Made by a program: the position numbers and the translations under genes
The notes under the pieces: model-generated
The model's input: only the letters and a program-made list of their open reading frames with translations
What the model was told of the DNA's origin: nothing
Database searches by the model: none
Part shown: one piece after another, positions 12,601 through 27,000 of the stretch
Position numbering within the stretch: position 1 is the first letter of the stretch
Layout of the letters: every line of letters starts with the position of its first letter
Assembly (NCBI RefSeq): GCF_963921235.1
Contig: NC_086100.1
Coordinates: 201,316,001 to 201,380,000 of the forward strand
Direction of reading: 5' to 3'
Length of the DNA stretch: 64,000 nt
DNA from: Mobula hypostoma
Taxonomy: Eukaryota

Positions 12601-15600
12601 ACTACATATTGCGTCAGGAAACCTTCCTGAACACACCTAACAAACTCCACCCCTTTTAAACCCCTTGCACTAAGTATATGCCAATCAATATTAGGAAAGT
12701 AAAAAATTCCCATCACAACAACCCTATTATTATTGCACTGTTACAGAATCTGCTTCCCTATCTGCTCCTCGATACCCCGTTACTATTGGGGGAGGCATCT
12801 ACAAAAAACACCCAATAGAGTTATTGCCCCTTTCCTGTTTCTGACTTCCACCCACACTGACTCAGTAGACCATCTCTCCATGACTTCCTCCTTTTCTGCA
12901 ACTGTGATACTATCCCTAATTAGCAATGCCACACCCCCACCTCTTTAGCCTCCCTCTCTGTTCTTTTTGAAATATCTGAAGCCTGGCACACTCAGCAGCC
13001 ATTCCCGCTCCTGCAACATCCCAGTCTCTGTAATGGCCACAACGTCTTAATCCAGGTATTGATCCACGTTCTAAGTTAGAAACATAGAAAACCTACAGCA
13101 CAATACAGGCCCTTCGGCCCACAAATTTGTGCCGAACATGTCCTTTCCTTAGAAATTACCTAGGGTTACCCAAAGCCCACTATTTTTCTAAGCTCCATGT
13201 ACCTATCTGGGAATCTCTTAAAAGACCTTATCGTATCCGCCTCCACCACCATCGCCAGCAGCACTCACCACTCTCTGTGTAAAAAAAACTTATCCCTGAC
13301 ATCTCCTCTGTACCTACTTCCAAGCCCCTCAAAACTGTGCCCTCTCATGCTAGCCATTTCAGCCCTGGGAAAAAGCCTCTGACTATCCACATGATCAATG
13401 CCTCTCATCATCTTATACACCCCTATCAGGTCACCTCTCAACCTCCGTCGCTCCAAGGAGAAAAGGCCGAGTTCACTCAACCTATTCTCATAAGACATGC
13501 TCCCCAATCCAGGCAACATCCTTGTAGATCTCCTCTGCACCCTTTCTATGGTTTCCACATCCTCCCTGTAGTGAGGTGACCAGAACTGAGCACAGTACTC
13601 CAAGTGGGGTCTGACCAGGGTGCTATATAGCTGCAACATTACCTCTCAGCTCTTGAACTCAATCCCACGGTTGATGAAGGCCAATGCACTGTATGCTTTC
13701 TTATCCACAGAGTCAACCTGCGTAGCAGCTTTGAGTGTCCTATGGACTCGGACCCCAAGATCCCTATGATCCTCCACACTGCCAAGAGTCTTACTATTAA
13801 TACTATATTCTGCCATCATATTTGACCTACCAAAATGAACCACTTCATACTTATCTGGGTTGAACGCCATCTGCCACTTCTCAGCCCAAGTTTTGCATCC
13901 TGTCAATGTCCCGCTGTAACGTCTGACAGCCCTCCACAATGCCTCCAACTTTTGTGTCATCAGCAAATTTACTAACCCATCCCTCCACTTCCTTATCCAG
14001 GTCATTTATAAAAATCACAAAGAGAATGGGTCCCAGAACAGATCCCTGAGGGAATACCACTGGTCACCGACCCCTATGCAGAATATGACCTGTCTACAAC
14101 CACCCTTTGCCTTCTGTGGGCAAGCCAGTTCTGGATCCACAAAGCAATGTCCCCTTTGATCCCATGCTTCCTTACTTTCTCAATAAGCCTTGCATGGGGT
14201 ACCCTATCAAATGCCTTGTTGAAATCCATATACACTACATCATCGGCTCTATCTTCATCAGTGTGTTTAGTCACATCCTCAAAAAATTCAATCAGCCTCG
14301 TAAGGCACGATCTGCCTTTGACAAAGCCATGCTGACTATTCCTAATAATATTATGCCTCTCCAGATGTTCATAAATCGTGCCTCACAGGATCTTTTCGAT
14401 CAATTTACCAACCACTGAAGTAAGACTCACTGGTCTATAATTTCCTGGGCAATTTCCCTTTCTTGAATAAAAGAACAACATCCGCAACCCTCAAATCCTC
14501 CAAGTTCATCTGCCTTGTTTATGATGCTCCCTGCATTAAAATAGACACATCTCAAACTATCGGGCTGAGCGCATCTTTGCTCTAACAACTGCCTATCCTT
14601 CCTTACAAACTCCCTACAAGCTGTATCTACTTGTGCTCCAACCTCCCTATCCTCTGCCTCTTCACGTTGGTTCCCACCCCACTGCAAATCTAGTTTAAAC
14701 CCTCCCCAATAGCATTAGCAAACCTCCCCACTAGGATATTGGTCCCCTCGGTTTCATGTGCAACCCGTCCTTTTTGTACAGGCCACACCTACCCCAGAAG
14801 AGGTCCCAATGATCCAAAAATCTGAATCCCTGCTCCCTGCTCCAATCTTTCAGCCACATATTTATCCTCCACCTTATGCTATTCCTATACTCACTGTCAC
14901 GTGGCACAGGCAGTAATCCCGAGATGACTACCTTTGAGGTCCTGCTTCTCAGCTTCCTTCCTAACTCCCTGTATTCTGCTTTCAGGACCTCCTCCCTTTT
15001 TCTACCTATGTCATAGGTACCAATATTTACCACGACCTCTGACTGCTCACCCTCCCTTCTCAGGATATTGTGGACACGTTCAGAAACATAACCCACCCTG
15101 GTACCTGGGAGGCAAATTACCATCCTTGTTTCTTTTTCGCATCCACAGAATCACCTATCTGTCCCCCTAACTATCGAGTCCCCTATTACCACTGCCATCG
15201 TCTTCCATTCCCTACCCTTCTGAGCCACATGGCCAGACTCAGTGCCAGAGGCACGGCCACTGTTGCTTCCCCCAGGGGCGTCATCCCCCCAACAGCACTC
15301 AAAATGGAGTATTTATTGTTAAGGGGGACAGCCACAGGGGTGCTCTCCACTACCCAATACCCTATCTTCCCTCTCCTTATGGTCACCCGATTATCTGTCT
15401 CCTGTGGGCCTGGGGTGACTACCAGCCTGTAGCTCCTGACTGTCACCTCCTCACTCTCCCTAACAAGCCAAAGGTCATCAAGCTGCAGCTCCAGTTCCCT
15501 ACTTAGTCTCTGAGGAGTTGCAGCTCGATGCACCTGGCACAGTTGTGGCCTTCAGGGAGGGTGGAAGTCTCCCGGACATCCCACATCCGACACCCAGAAC

Positions 15601-15640
15601 AGAAAACTGGCCTTGCAGTCATATCCGCTATAACTAATGT
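9680..15640 (-). mobile_element. Stack of nested CR1 LINEs including ORF1 (Zn-finger and SGNH esterase) and ORF2
   Basis: ORFs 15503..15700 (CSGC...CARC), 14731..15123 (CLPG...NIGTYD...DGLH), 12300..12716 and 11140..11364. A younger CR1 is nested at ~13077-14480 (13265..13639). Confidence 0.88.
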
Positions 15641-15734
15641 GCCAGGCCCTGCGAAATGCTCCTTTTTAAAACATTTCTCCCTGACCTGGGCGATGCTCAC
15701 TCTTCCTTTGAATCAATTGGTCCACCGCTAATGT

Positions 15735-16787
15735 GTTGATGGAAAACAAATCTTCTCCAAAGTCTCCTCCGGGAATTCCCTGTATTTTACCCTCTACCTT
15801 CACAAGCCTTCCAGGGCCTGCTTCAGTGAAGCATCCCCACAGCATGATACAGCCACCACCATGCTCCATGGTAGGGAACGGTGTGTTTTTGATAATGTGG
15901 ACAGTTTAGTCTGATGGCCAAAATGTTCAATTTTTGTTTCATCAGACCATAGAACCTTCTTCCAGCTGAATTTAGTTTCCCACATGCCTTCTGGCAAACT
16001 CTAGCCAAGATTTCATGAGAGCTTTTTTCAACAGTGGCTTTCTCTTTGCCACTCTCCCATAAAGCTGCGACAGGTGAAGTACCTGGGTAACAGTTGTTGT
16101 ATGCACAGTCTCTCCCATCTCAGCCACTGAAGCTTGTAACTCCTCCAGATTGTCATAGTTCTCTTAGTGGCTTCCTTCACTAGTCCCACTCTTGCACGGT
16201 CACTCAGGTTTTGAGGACGGCCTGCTCCAGGCAGATTTACAGCTGTGCCATATTCTTTCCATTTCTTCATGATTGACTTAACTGTTCAAGGGATATTCAG
16301 TGACTTGAAAATTTTCCTGTGTCCATCTCCTGAGTTGTGCTTTTCAATAACCTTTTTGCAGAGTTGCTTGGAGTGTATTTTTTTTGTCTTTATGGTGTAG
16401 TTTTTGCCAGGATACTGACACAGCAGCAGTTGGACCTTCCAGATGTAGCTGTATTTTACTACAATCAATTGAAGCACCTTGACTGCACACAGTGATCTCC
16501 ATTTAACTAATTATGTGCCTTCTAAAACCAATTGGCTGCAGCAGTGATGATTTGGCATGTCATATTAATGGGGGGGGGTGGGTGAATACTTATGCAATCA
16601 ATTATTTTGTGTTTTATATTTGTAATTAATTTAGATCACTTTGTAGAGATCTGTTTTGACACGAAAGAGTCTTTTTCTGTTGAAGAGTGTGAAAAAAGCC
16701 AAATTAAATCCATTGTGATTCCAATGTTGTAAAACAACAAAACGTGAAAAAAATCCAGTGGGGAGGGGGGTGAATACTTCTAATAGG
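15735..16787 (-). mobile_element. Tc1-like DNA transposon, 3'-truncated and defective
   Basis: WKKVLWSDETKIEHFG, HGGGCIMLWGCF and N-terminal HTH fragments. The TIR at ~16570-16787 matches the TIR of the copy at 42832. Confidence 0.88.
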
Positions 16788-17255
16788 ATATATATACACA
16801 CGCGCGCGCGCACACACACACCACGCATACACACGCACATACATACATATATATACACACACACACACACACATATATATATACATACATACATATATAT
16901 ACATATATTTACATACATACACACATATATATACATACATAAATATATATATACATACACACACATATATATAATATATATATACACACACACCACGCAC
17001 ATACATATATATACACACACATATGTATATATATATACATACATACATATATACATATATATACATACATACATATATATACATACACACATATATATAC
17101 ATACACACATATATATACATACACACATATATATACATACACACATATATATACACATATATATATACATACACACATATATATAATATATATATATATA
17201 CACATACACACACACATACATACATATATATATACACACACACCACGCACATACA

Positions 17256-17291
<36 letters not shown>

Positions 17292-18084
17292 CACACACAC
17301 ACACATATATATACATACATACATATATATATACATACACACACATATATAATATATATATATACATACACACATACATACATACATATATATACATACA
17401 CACACATATATACATATATATATACATACACACACATATATACATATATATATATACATACACACATATATATACATACATACATATATATATACATACA
17501 CACATATATATATACATACATACATATATATATACACACATATATATACATACACATACATATATAATATATACATACACACACAAACATATATACATAT
17601 ATATATACACACACACCACGCACATACACATATATATACACACATATATATATACATACATACATATATATACATACACACACACATATATATAATATAT
17701 ATACATACACATACACACATACATACATATATACATACACACACATATATATACATACACACATATATTATATATATATACATACACACACATACATATA
17801 TACATATATATATATACACACACACCACGCACACACACGCACATACATATATATATACACACACACACACACATATATATACACATACATACATATATAT
17901 ATACATACACACATATATATATACATACATATATATATACATACACACATATATATACATACATATATATACACACACACACATATATAATATATATATA
18001 CACATACACACACACATATATAATATATATATACACATACACACACACATATATAATATATATATACACATACACACACACACA

Positions 18085-18149
<65 letters not shown>

Positions 18150-18150
18150 C

Positions 18151-18182
<32 letters not shown>
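16788..18182. repeat. Compound (TA/CA/TACA)n microsatellite, ~1.4 kb
   Basis: Almost pure alternating purine-pyrimidine sequence; the source of the spurious V/C/Y/I/M ORFs. Confidence 0.97.
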
Positions 18183-18317
18183 AAGGTTTGGCCCTTCACA
18201 TCTGGGAAAATTACAGGCAGCTGACATCCAGAAGAGGTCAGGTCAAGCAAGCTCCTGTCATTGGGAACCGACCCATGCAGTCTGTGAAAAGCTCATTGCA
18301 ATTTCTTCTCCACTTAG

Positions 18318-18375
18318 CATTCCCTTGGGTGCTTCCCCTGAAGTCCGGAGTTCACACCTAAGCAGCACAGTCTGA
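18318..18375 (+). CDS. ADAM gene A, cytoplasmic tail and stop exon (exon continues to donor after 18379)
   Basis: atttcttctccacttag|C...CCTG|gtaagt. The phase-2 join from 9469 gives [19 protein letters not shown]; the other two frames stop earlier. Lies in an island of non-repeat sequence. Confidence 0.65.
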
Positions 18376-18611
18376 CCTGGTAAGTAACTGCAATAAATAT
18401 CACGTATCACTATTGTCCCATGAAGACAAGTGGTTTTGTCTGCTCCATTGGCAATACTGTCATCGGTGACCCAGCCAGATCTATCCCTACACCAAAAACA
18501 TAGACATTGCTGAGACATGCAACGGGTTAGGCGGTATCTCTGGGAAGAGATTTCAGGAAGGATGATGCTCTGACTGGGAATGAGGAAAGAAGCTTGTACT
18601 GAAAGCACAGG

Positions 18612-21470
18612 TATGTAGGCAGAGGGGTGGGGTGGCTTTGTTGGTAAAAAATGAAATCCAATCCACAGAAAGAAGTGATGTAAGATTGGAAGATGTAGAA
18701 TCCTTGTGGATAGATTTAAGAAACTGCAAGGGTAAAAAGACTGTGATGGGAGTTAAATACAGGCTTCTGGATAGTAGGCAGGATATGGACTACAAATTAC
18801 AATGCAAGGTAGAAATTACATGCCAAAAGGGCAATGTTACGATAATCATGGGGGATTTCAATATGCATGTAGATTGGGAAAATCTACAGGTTGGTGCTGG
18901 ATCCCAATAAAGGGAGTTTGTATGAATACCTAAGAGAAGAAACTGTGGAATTATCTGTCACAGGTAGCTGTGAGAGCCAGTCTTCATGTATATTTAAGGC
19001 AGAGACTGATGCATTCTTGATTGGTCAGGGCATGAAGAGACACAGGGAGAAGTCAAGAGATCGGGGCTCAGAGGAAAATTGGATCAAGCATGATGAAATG
19101 GCAGAGTGGACTTGATGGGCCAAATGGCCTGATTCTGCTCCTTTATCTTATGATCCTTTGGCTTATTCTTAGAGCAGCTTGTGGTTGAGCCCATTAGGAG
19201 AAAGGCAATTCTTAACTGGTGGTTATGCAATGAACCAGATTAGATTAGGGAACTTAAAGTAAAGGAACCCTTATGAGGCAGGGTTATATGATAGAATTCA
19301 CTTTGCAGATTCAGAGAGAGAAGCTAAAGTCAGATGTATCAGTACTACAGTGGAGTAAAGGGAATTACAGAGGCATGAGAGGGGAGCTTACCGAAGTTGA
19401 TTGGAAGGGAACACTGGCAGGGATGACAGCAGAACAGCAATGGCTGGATTTTCTGGGAGCAATTCAGTAGGCGCAAGATAAATATATCCCAAAGATGAAG
19501 AAGTACTCTAAAGGGAGGATGCGGCAACCGTGGCTGATAAGGAAAGTCGAAGACAGCATAAAAGCAAAAAAGAGGGTATATAATATATAAAGATAATGGG
19601 AGGTTAAAAAGATTGGGAAGCTTTTAAAAATCAACAGAAGGCAACTAAAAAAAAAAGCCATTAGGATAGAAAGGGTGAAATATGAAGGTAAGCTTGTCAG
19701 TAATATCAGAGAGGATACCAAAAGTTTTTTCAAATATATAGAGTAAAAGAGAGGCTAGAATGGATATTGGATCACTGAAAAGTTATGCTAGAGAGGTGGT
19801 AATGGGGAACAAAGAAATGGAGGGGGAACAAAGAAATGGAGGATGAACAAAATAAGTATTTGGCATCACTCTTTATTCTGGAAGACACTAGCAGTGTTCC
19901 GGAAATGTGAGAGTGTCCGAGGGCAGAAATGAATGACATTGCTAATACTAACGAGAAGGTGCTTGGGAAGCTGAAAGGTCACAGATAGATAAATCATTTA
20001 TATTAAATAAACCACAACTCAGGGTTCTGCAAGGGGTGGCTGAAGAGATTGTGGAGGGATTAGCATCCCTAGATTCTGGAATGATTCCTGAGGACTGGAA
20101 AGTTGCAAATGTCACTACACTCTAAGGGAGGCAGAGTGACAGAAGAAAGGAATTTATAGACCAGTTGGCCTGACTTTAGTGGTTTTAAATATGTTGGGAG
20201 TTCAGGTTTTGAGATAAATTAGGCCAAAGTCAGCATGGTTTCCTTAAGGAGAAATCTTGTCTGGCAAATCTTTTGAAATTTGTTGAGGAAATAAGAAACA
20301 AGATGGTGAAGATGTTGTTTGCTTGGAAGTTCAGAAGCTTTTCATTTGGTGATACACATGAGGCTGCTTAACAAGGTAAGAACCCATGGTATTACGGGAA
20401 AAATACTAGCATCGATGGAAGACAGGCTGACTGGCAAGGGTCACAAAGTGGGCCTTTTCTGGTTGGCTGCCAGTGACTAGTGGTGTTCCTCAGGGGTTGT
20501 TATTGAAACAGCTTATTTTCACATTAGATATCAACAGTGTCAATGACAGAACCGATAACTTTGTAGCCAAGTTGCTCATGATACAAAGAGGGACAGGTTG
20601 TGTTGGGGAAGCAGGGAGTCTGCGGAGGACTTGGGCAAATGAGCAGAATGAGTAAAGAATTGGCAGATAAAACATAGTGTTGGGAAGTGTATGGTCATGC
20701 GACTCAGTAGAAAGAATAATGGCACAGACTATTTTCTAAACAGGGAGAAAATTCAAAAATCATAGGTGCAAATGGATTTGGGAGTCCTTATGCCTTATGC
20801 AGGATTCCCCACAGGTTTACTTGCAGATTGAGTTGGTGATGAAGAAGACAAATGAAAAGTTAGCATTCATTTTGAGAGAACTATTAATATAAGAACAGGG
20901 CTGTGATGCTGAGGTTTTATAAGGCACTGGTCAGGCTGTACTTGAAGTATTGTGAGCAGTTTTGGGCTCCTTATCTAAGAAAAGATGTGCTGGCATTGGA
21001 GACTGGCCAGTGGAGGTTCACAAGTACGATTCCGGCAAAGAAATGGCTCGTGTATAAGGTGTGTTTGATGGCCCTGGGCCTGTATTCCCTGGAGATTAGA
21101 AGAATGGGATCTCATTGAAACCCAAGTTCTAAATAGAGTGGATATGAAGCGGATGTTTCTTATACTGGGGGAGCCTAGGATCAGATGGCACAGAGAAATG
21201 TCCATTTTAAAACAGATCAGAAGGAATTTCTTTAGCTAGAGGGTGGTGAATCTGTGGAATTCATTGCTACAGTCGGCTGTGAAGGTCAAGTCACTGAGTA
21301 TATTTAAGGTGGAGGTTGATAGTTTCTTGGTTTATCAGGGCGTCAAAGATTACAGGGAGGAGGCATGAGAACGGGTTGAGAGGGATTATAAATCTGCCAC
21401 GATGGAATGGTGAAGCAGACTCAATGTGTTGAGTGGCCTAATTCTGCTCCTATAGTAAATCTTACGGTCT
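18612..21470 (+). mobile_element. Degenerate CR1 ORF2, nearly full length
   Basis: Endonuclease (VALLVKNEI...IMGDFNMHVDW) through RT (TSGVPQG) to the C-terminus (ALVRLYLKYCEQFW), with many stops. Confidence 0.85.
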
Positions 21471-22027
21471 TCAGAGCAGGTGGGAGGGTAAAACCATGGT
21501 GCTCATGGGGATAAGCTGTAAAGGTTATCTGGCAAGTGACAGCAGAAAGTATACACAAAAGGATGCAGAAGTTGCAAAATGCAGAGGAGAGTAACGTGGA
21601 TGGCAGGTCAGGCTGGATGTGTTCGCCATTCCCAGGATGAAAAGGATAAAGGAAAATAAAGCTAAATCAAAATCACAGAGAAATCATTTTACCCAAAGCT
21701 TCAGAACTTGATATTGAGTCTAGATGATTGCAAGAGCTCAGTACAGACTGTAACAGAACATAGCTCTGTGGCCTCCCGTACTTTTACAATGAGACCCAAC
21801 ACAAGTTTATGGAATAGCACACAATCTTCCCTCTGGGCACACTGCAGCCTTCTGGACTCAGGAACTTATGAGGACATGTAAAATATGGCTGATTGTAATG
21901 TCCATATAGATTGAAGTAAATAAATTGGAAATATATGATAGGTACATAAAATTATGAGAGATATAGATAGGGTAGATAGCCTTTGTATCCCCTCCCCAGG
22001 TGAAAATGTCAGATACTAAGAAAAAGT

Positions 22028-22435
22028 GTGCTGGTATTGGAGACTATCCAGTTGAGATTCACAAGAATGATTCTGGCAAAGAAATGGTTCATGTATAACG
22101 TGCATTTGATGACTCTGGGCCTGCATTTTCTGGAGATTAGAAGAATGGGGGAGGGCACAGTTTTAAGGTGCTTGGAGGTAGGTATGGAGGAGATGTCAGG
22201 GGTAAGTTTTTTACGCAGAGAGTGGTGAGTGCGTGGAATGGGCTGCCAGCGACAGTGGTGGAGGCAGATACGATAGAGTCTTCTAAGAGATTCCTAGATA
22301 GGTACATGGAGCTTAGAAAAATAGAGGGCTATGGGCAACCTGAGGTAATTTCTAAAGTAAGAACATATTTGACACAGCATTGTGGGCCAAAGGGCCTGTA
22401 TTGTGCTGTAGGTTTTCTTTGTTTCTACTACATTT
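22028..22435 (+). mobile_element. CR1 3' end fragments
   Basis: GKFFTQRVVSAWNGLPATVVEAD motif and CR1 3' UTR. Confidence 0.8.
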
Positions 22436-22552
22436 AAGGTGCGTGTGGGAAGGGAGACTGGGGAGTTTCTTGGATATTTATGAGGCAAATTTTTCTTTTC
22501 AACACAGGGAGTGGTGGGTGACTGGAATATGCTGCCAAGGAAAAGCAGTTAT

Positions 22553-23220
22553 CACACGGCACGGCCTCTCCGGTGAATGATATCTGTAATCTGTCAAGTA
22601 GGGGACCGTGCACAATTCTGATTTGATGGAGACAGATGTGAGAGTATGGAGGAACATCTGGAAAACTTCTAAAATGCCCGCTTTGCTGCCGCTGCTACTG
22701 TGCGGTAACCAGAATCTCCGGAGCAGAAGGCCCCGAATCCTCGGCTTTGCTTGTTTCAGTGGCTGGGGCTAGGTCGAAGACGCTCGGTCCAGGATGGCAC
22801 TCGGGAGGCTATATCGGAGGGGCTGGTTGGAGGCTCAAAGTTTTCGGTCGGACAGACAGACTCAGTGTTGGCTGTGGTCGGCTGCTTCCAAGGCATTGGG
22901 AAGTTGACGGTGCCTGGAGGTTTATGGCAGGGAGTTTCTCCCTTTTGCCGCCTGCTATCGGAGACTCGGGAGTCGATCGACTCGGGGACTTTGAGACTCT
23001 TTTTACCGTGCCCATGGTTTGTTCTTCATCAAATTATGGTATTGCTTTGCACTGCTGTAACTATATGTTATAATTATGTGGTTCTGTCAGTGTTAGTCTT
23101 TGGTTTGTCCTGTTTTCTGTGATATCACTCCGGAGAAACATTGTATCATTTCTTAATGCATGTATGCATTTCTAAACGACAATAAAAGAGGACTGACTGT
23201 TCTTATAATCTAAAAAAAAT
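22553..23220 (+). mobile_element. Unclassified ~660-bp CpG-rich retroposed element (SINE or LINE 3' UTR) with AATAAA and short A tail
   Basis: Interrupts a CR1 3' end. AATAAA at 23181, ends taatctaaaaaaaa, possible short ATCA TSD. No recognisable protein. Confidence 0.5.
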
Positions 23221-23507
23221 CAGAGACATTTAGACAGGCACATGAGCAAGTAGGGGATGGTGGGATATAGCCCATGTCCAGACAGATGGGTTGAGCTTAA
23301 ACTGGCATTTGGTTAAGATGGGCTAAAGGGTTTGTTCCTGTGATGTACTGTTCGATGATCTCTGAGAACAAATAAAAGAGCGCATCAGAAATATTGCATT
23401 TTGGAGAACCTGATAGTGTATAGAATGATGATAATCCTCTGTTCACCCCAGACGCTGCAGCCCACCTGCACACTATTTAAACCTACAATGACCGATTAAC
23501 TTTCCAG

Positions 23508-23700
23508 GGGGCTAGGAATGTAGTGGCATCTGCTGAGGACTTTGAGGCGAGTGGTCCGGGTTCGAATCTGGCTGGCTTTCCATCTGTGTTGGGTTAAGCA
23601 CTGAGCTACCAACTTGCCCTCATTAAAAAACAGACAAATGCTAAAGAAACGGCAGGGTTGCTCCCCAATGCGCCTGAAGTCGTGAAGAAGAACAGCAACA
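23508..23700 (+). mobile_element. tRNA-derived SINE
   Basis: A-box-like tgtagtgg and B-box ggttcgaatc, with an (aag/aac)n tail. No full cloverleaf. Confidence 0.6.
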
Positions 23701-24076
23701 ATTTCCTGATGACTGATGAATCATACAAGGCCAGGTCTATTTGAAGGGCTAAGGGTTTATTACATATCAGCACTGGGGAGTTGCTAAAAATTTCAAGCAA
23801 TCGGCTACGTACAAATAATTGATAAATCTACCATTGTCTAATTCTTCCAATTGATATACAAATAATGTTCACAATTAAATGTATATTACATACAGGTGAT
23901 TTACAAATCACAGGGGCTGTTCTATTTCATGAAATCACAGGCAGTTCTTTTGTCACTCCCTGATGCGAACCAGACACCCTGCTCCCTGTCCCTGAACAAA
24001 GTACATATATATCATCATATACAACCCTGAGATTCATTTTCTTGGGGGCAACAATAGAATCAATGAAAACCACACA

Positions 24077-27000
24077 TAGTCCGTGAGCCAGTAGGGTTGG
24101 TCGGTACCATCTGAGGGGAATAATGCTCATAGTGATTTTTGGCAATTACACATCTCTAGAGTTGGAAAATATGTGATAGCATTGCACGAGTGGTAGCTTT
24201 GTTACTTCAAATAAGTAATCACTTCTTGTATTTATATATTCCATATTAACATCAGTACAGCAGAAAATGTTACCCTACCCCCCAAAAGGTAAAAAACCTC
24301 ATTTGGAGATATTTCTGAAGTTTTATCAATGTCATGATATTTTCCATTTTGTTGTATCAAATCAAAACAATCTTAAGCTTTTGTCATAGCATATAGAATT
24401 ACAGTACAATAATTCAAATGGGGGGTTCCACACGGCCATAACCTAGGCCCCATTTGGATGTAAAATGTATATACTTAATCAAGGACTGCTTTCCATACTT
24501 TCCTAACCTATTAATAATCATAATAATTTTCTAAGTCTTCCACATCTTCATCTGAACTTCCCACACTCTCTGAGGTGGGTGCCTGGTTCTCACAGTCTGC
24601 CAGTCTACACATGTCAGTACACCTGAGGCCATTTGCAACACACATACATTTTGGGAGTGAACATTTTTTTGGACAGTTACAGGCCAGCAGATCCAGGACA
24701 GCATCAGGTGCTGGCTAGCCTTCCATCCAGTGCACCACCAACTGTTCAGCTTCCTCTTCTCTCTCCAACTTCCATCCTCTGCCAACAGGGCTCGGCACTT
24801 GTGGGTCCTTCTCCAAACACCTTCTCCATATACCAGCCAGGTCGTTGGCTCACTGTGCATGTTTTGTTAAGCAGTCCTTGCATGGTGGGAGTTGATGACT
24901 TTCGATTTCACCTTTTTTGGCACAGAAAAGGTGATACCTGAGCTCATTGACCTTGGTGGTCGATGCTTTTGGGGCATACAGGAGACATGTAAATGCCTCC
25001 AGTTCGTCCATCAGTTCTGGGGAGAGGTCCCATTCCTGACCCAACTCTAAGAATGTGTCCTGAGTTTCCCTGTTGCTGGTCAGAAGTTTTAGGGCACTTG
25101 TCTTCCCTTTGCCTGCAAAAGAGCTTACAGTGTCACATCCTGTATATGAGAACCCTACAAACCTCTATGCCAACAGTGGCAGCAACCTTCCTGATGTCTA
25201 CAAGCCTTGTACGGGTTCTAGTGCCACACTTCTGGAACAATGGGGCCTCAATCTTGTCACAAAATGCTAAAGATATGATAAAGACATGATACCACATTGG
25301 TGGGGCTCATCAGCAAAAATGATGGAACTATGTACAGGGAGGAGGTCAAACACCTAGAGAGCTGGTGCAGGGATAACAACTTGATGCTTAATCTCTCCAA
25401 AACCAAGGAGATGATCGTCGATTTCAGACGGTCTCAGCCTGAGCACACAACCCTCAGCATTAGCGGCTCCACAGTGGACAGAGTGGAAAACATCAAGTTC
25501 CTTGGGGTGCAGATCTCAGTCAATCTCACCTGGTCCAGGAACACCACTGGGATTGTGAAACGGGCCCAGCAGTGATTGCACTTTCTGAGGAAGCTTAAAC
25601 AAGCATCACACCCCACTAAAGTCTTAACTACATTTTACAGAGGCGTGGTTGAGAGTGTGCTGACCTTTTCCATCACAACCTGGTACTCCAGCTGCAGTGC
25701 TGTCGACAAAAAAGCCTTGCAGAGGGTGGTTAGAGGAGCAGAGAAGGTTATTGGGGTCTCCCTACCTTCTGTCCAAGACCTCTTTCAGAGTCAATGCCTC
25801 CAGAAGACACGGTATATCATTAAAGACCACTCACACCCTCTCCATGAACTGTTTGTTCTTCTGCCATCAGGCAAACGTTACAGGAGCATCAAAGCTAAAA
25901 CCACAAGGCTACTAAACAGCTTCCTCCCACAGGCAGTCAGACTGTTAAATAGCTGCTCCACCTGACTCTGCTTTGGACACTTTTAACTTGCACTGGACAA
26001 TTATAACTGATTTTAACTGACATGTGGCTGTTGTGTTTTACTATTTATTGTTATGTTTATTATTTAGTGTTGCGTTTGTTATGTTATGATTGCACTGCCC
26101 CTGAGAAACGCTGTCTCATTCTGCCCTGCAGAGCTGATGTATGGTTAGAATGACAATAAAGTTTTTTGAATCTTGAAAGACGTCTGTGTCTTCTGAGCAG
26201 ATCACTACAGATTGGTATCCCTCTCTTGTGGCATGGGTAGCATGGAGAAGTAGGCGGCCATCTGCTTCTTCTTGTTGACACTGAAGAGCTGACACCTCCT
26301 CACTGTCTTGAGATTTGATTCTGTAACATTTGTCATTCATTGTTGCATACAGAATCTTCTCCTGTAGCTTTGCTCTGTACTCCACCTTCCTCCATTCACG
26401 GACAATGAAGCTAATGAGACTATTTTTGTTACTGACTTTGGTCAGGAAGCTCCTCCACTACCTCACCATCTGTGTGCCTGTGATACCTTGCAACTTGTGA
26501 CCAGTCTCTTCACCCCGTAGAGATCTTCCACTATTCTTGATAGAGTTCTCTTTGTACGTGTCGAACACAATATCTATTCTGCTACTCTGACTACCTTCCC
26601 TCAGAGCCATACCCAGAATTGTTGTGGCAACATCTCTGAAAGTAACTTGATAACCTTTCACTCTTTGGACCAAGTTCATTCCATCAACCACTGTAGCAGA
26701 GTTTCCTGGGAGTTGCTCTTCTACTGCTACCTTTTTCAGCAAGGTTGTGGCTAAAGTAGCACTATTTGTCTTTCTCAGCAATCCTTCTGGTGTGGACAAG
26801 GCCCAGGGCAATGGTCCAAGGGGATGAGAAAGGATATCCTCCATACGTAGACTGCGCCTTTGTGCCACCACTATGATGCGTCCAGACAAAGACCTGTCTG
26901 CTTTCAAGATGATCACCCTCCCATTTGATTTCACTTCTCTCTTCTTACACATATCACTGAATGTTTTCAGCTTGTTGGTTTTCATTGGGTCATGGAATTT

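Noticed and set aside
16631..18250. Long ORFs of up to 507 aa rich in C/V/Y/I/M or H/T/Y/I
   Set aside because: Translations of a stop-poor microsatellite, not genes.
23508..23580. tRNA gene
   Set aside because: Only A/B boxes with no complete cloverleaf, followed by a SINE-like body and tail.
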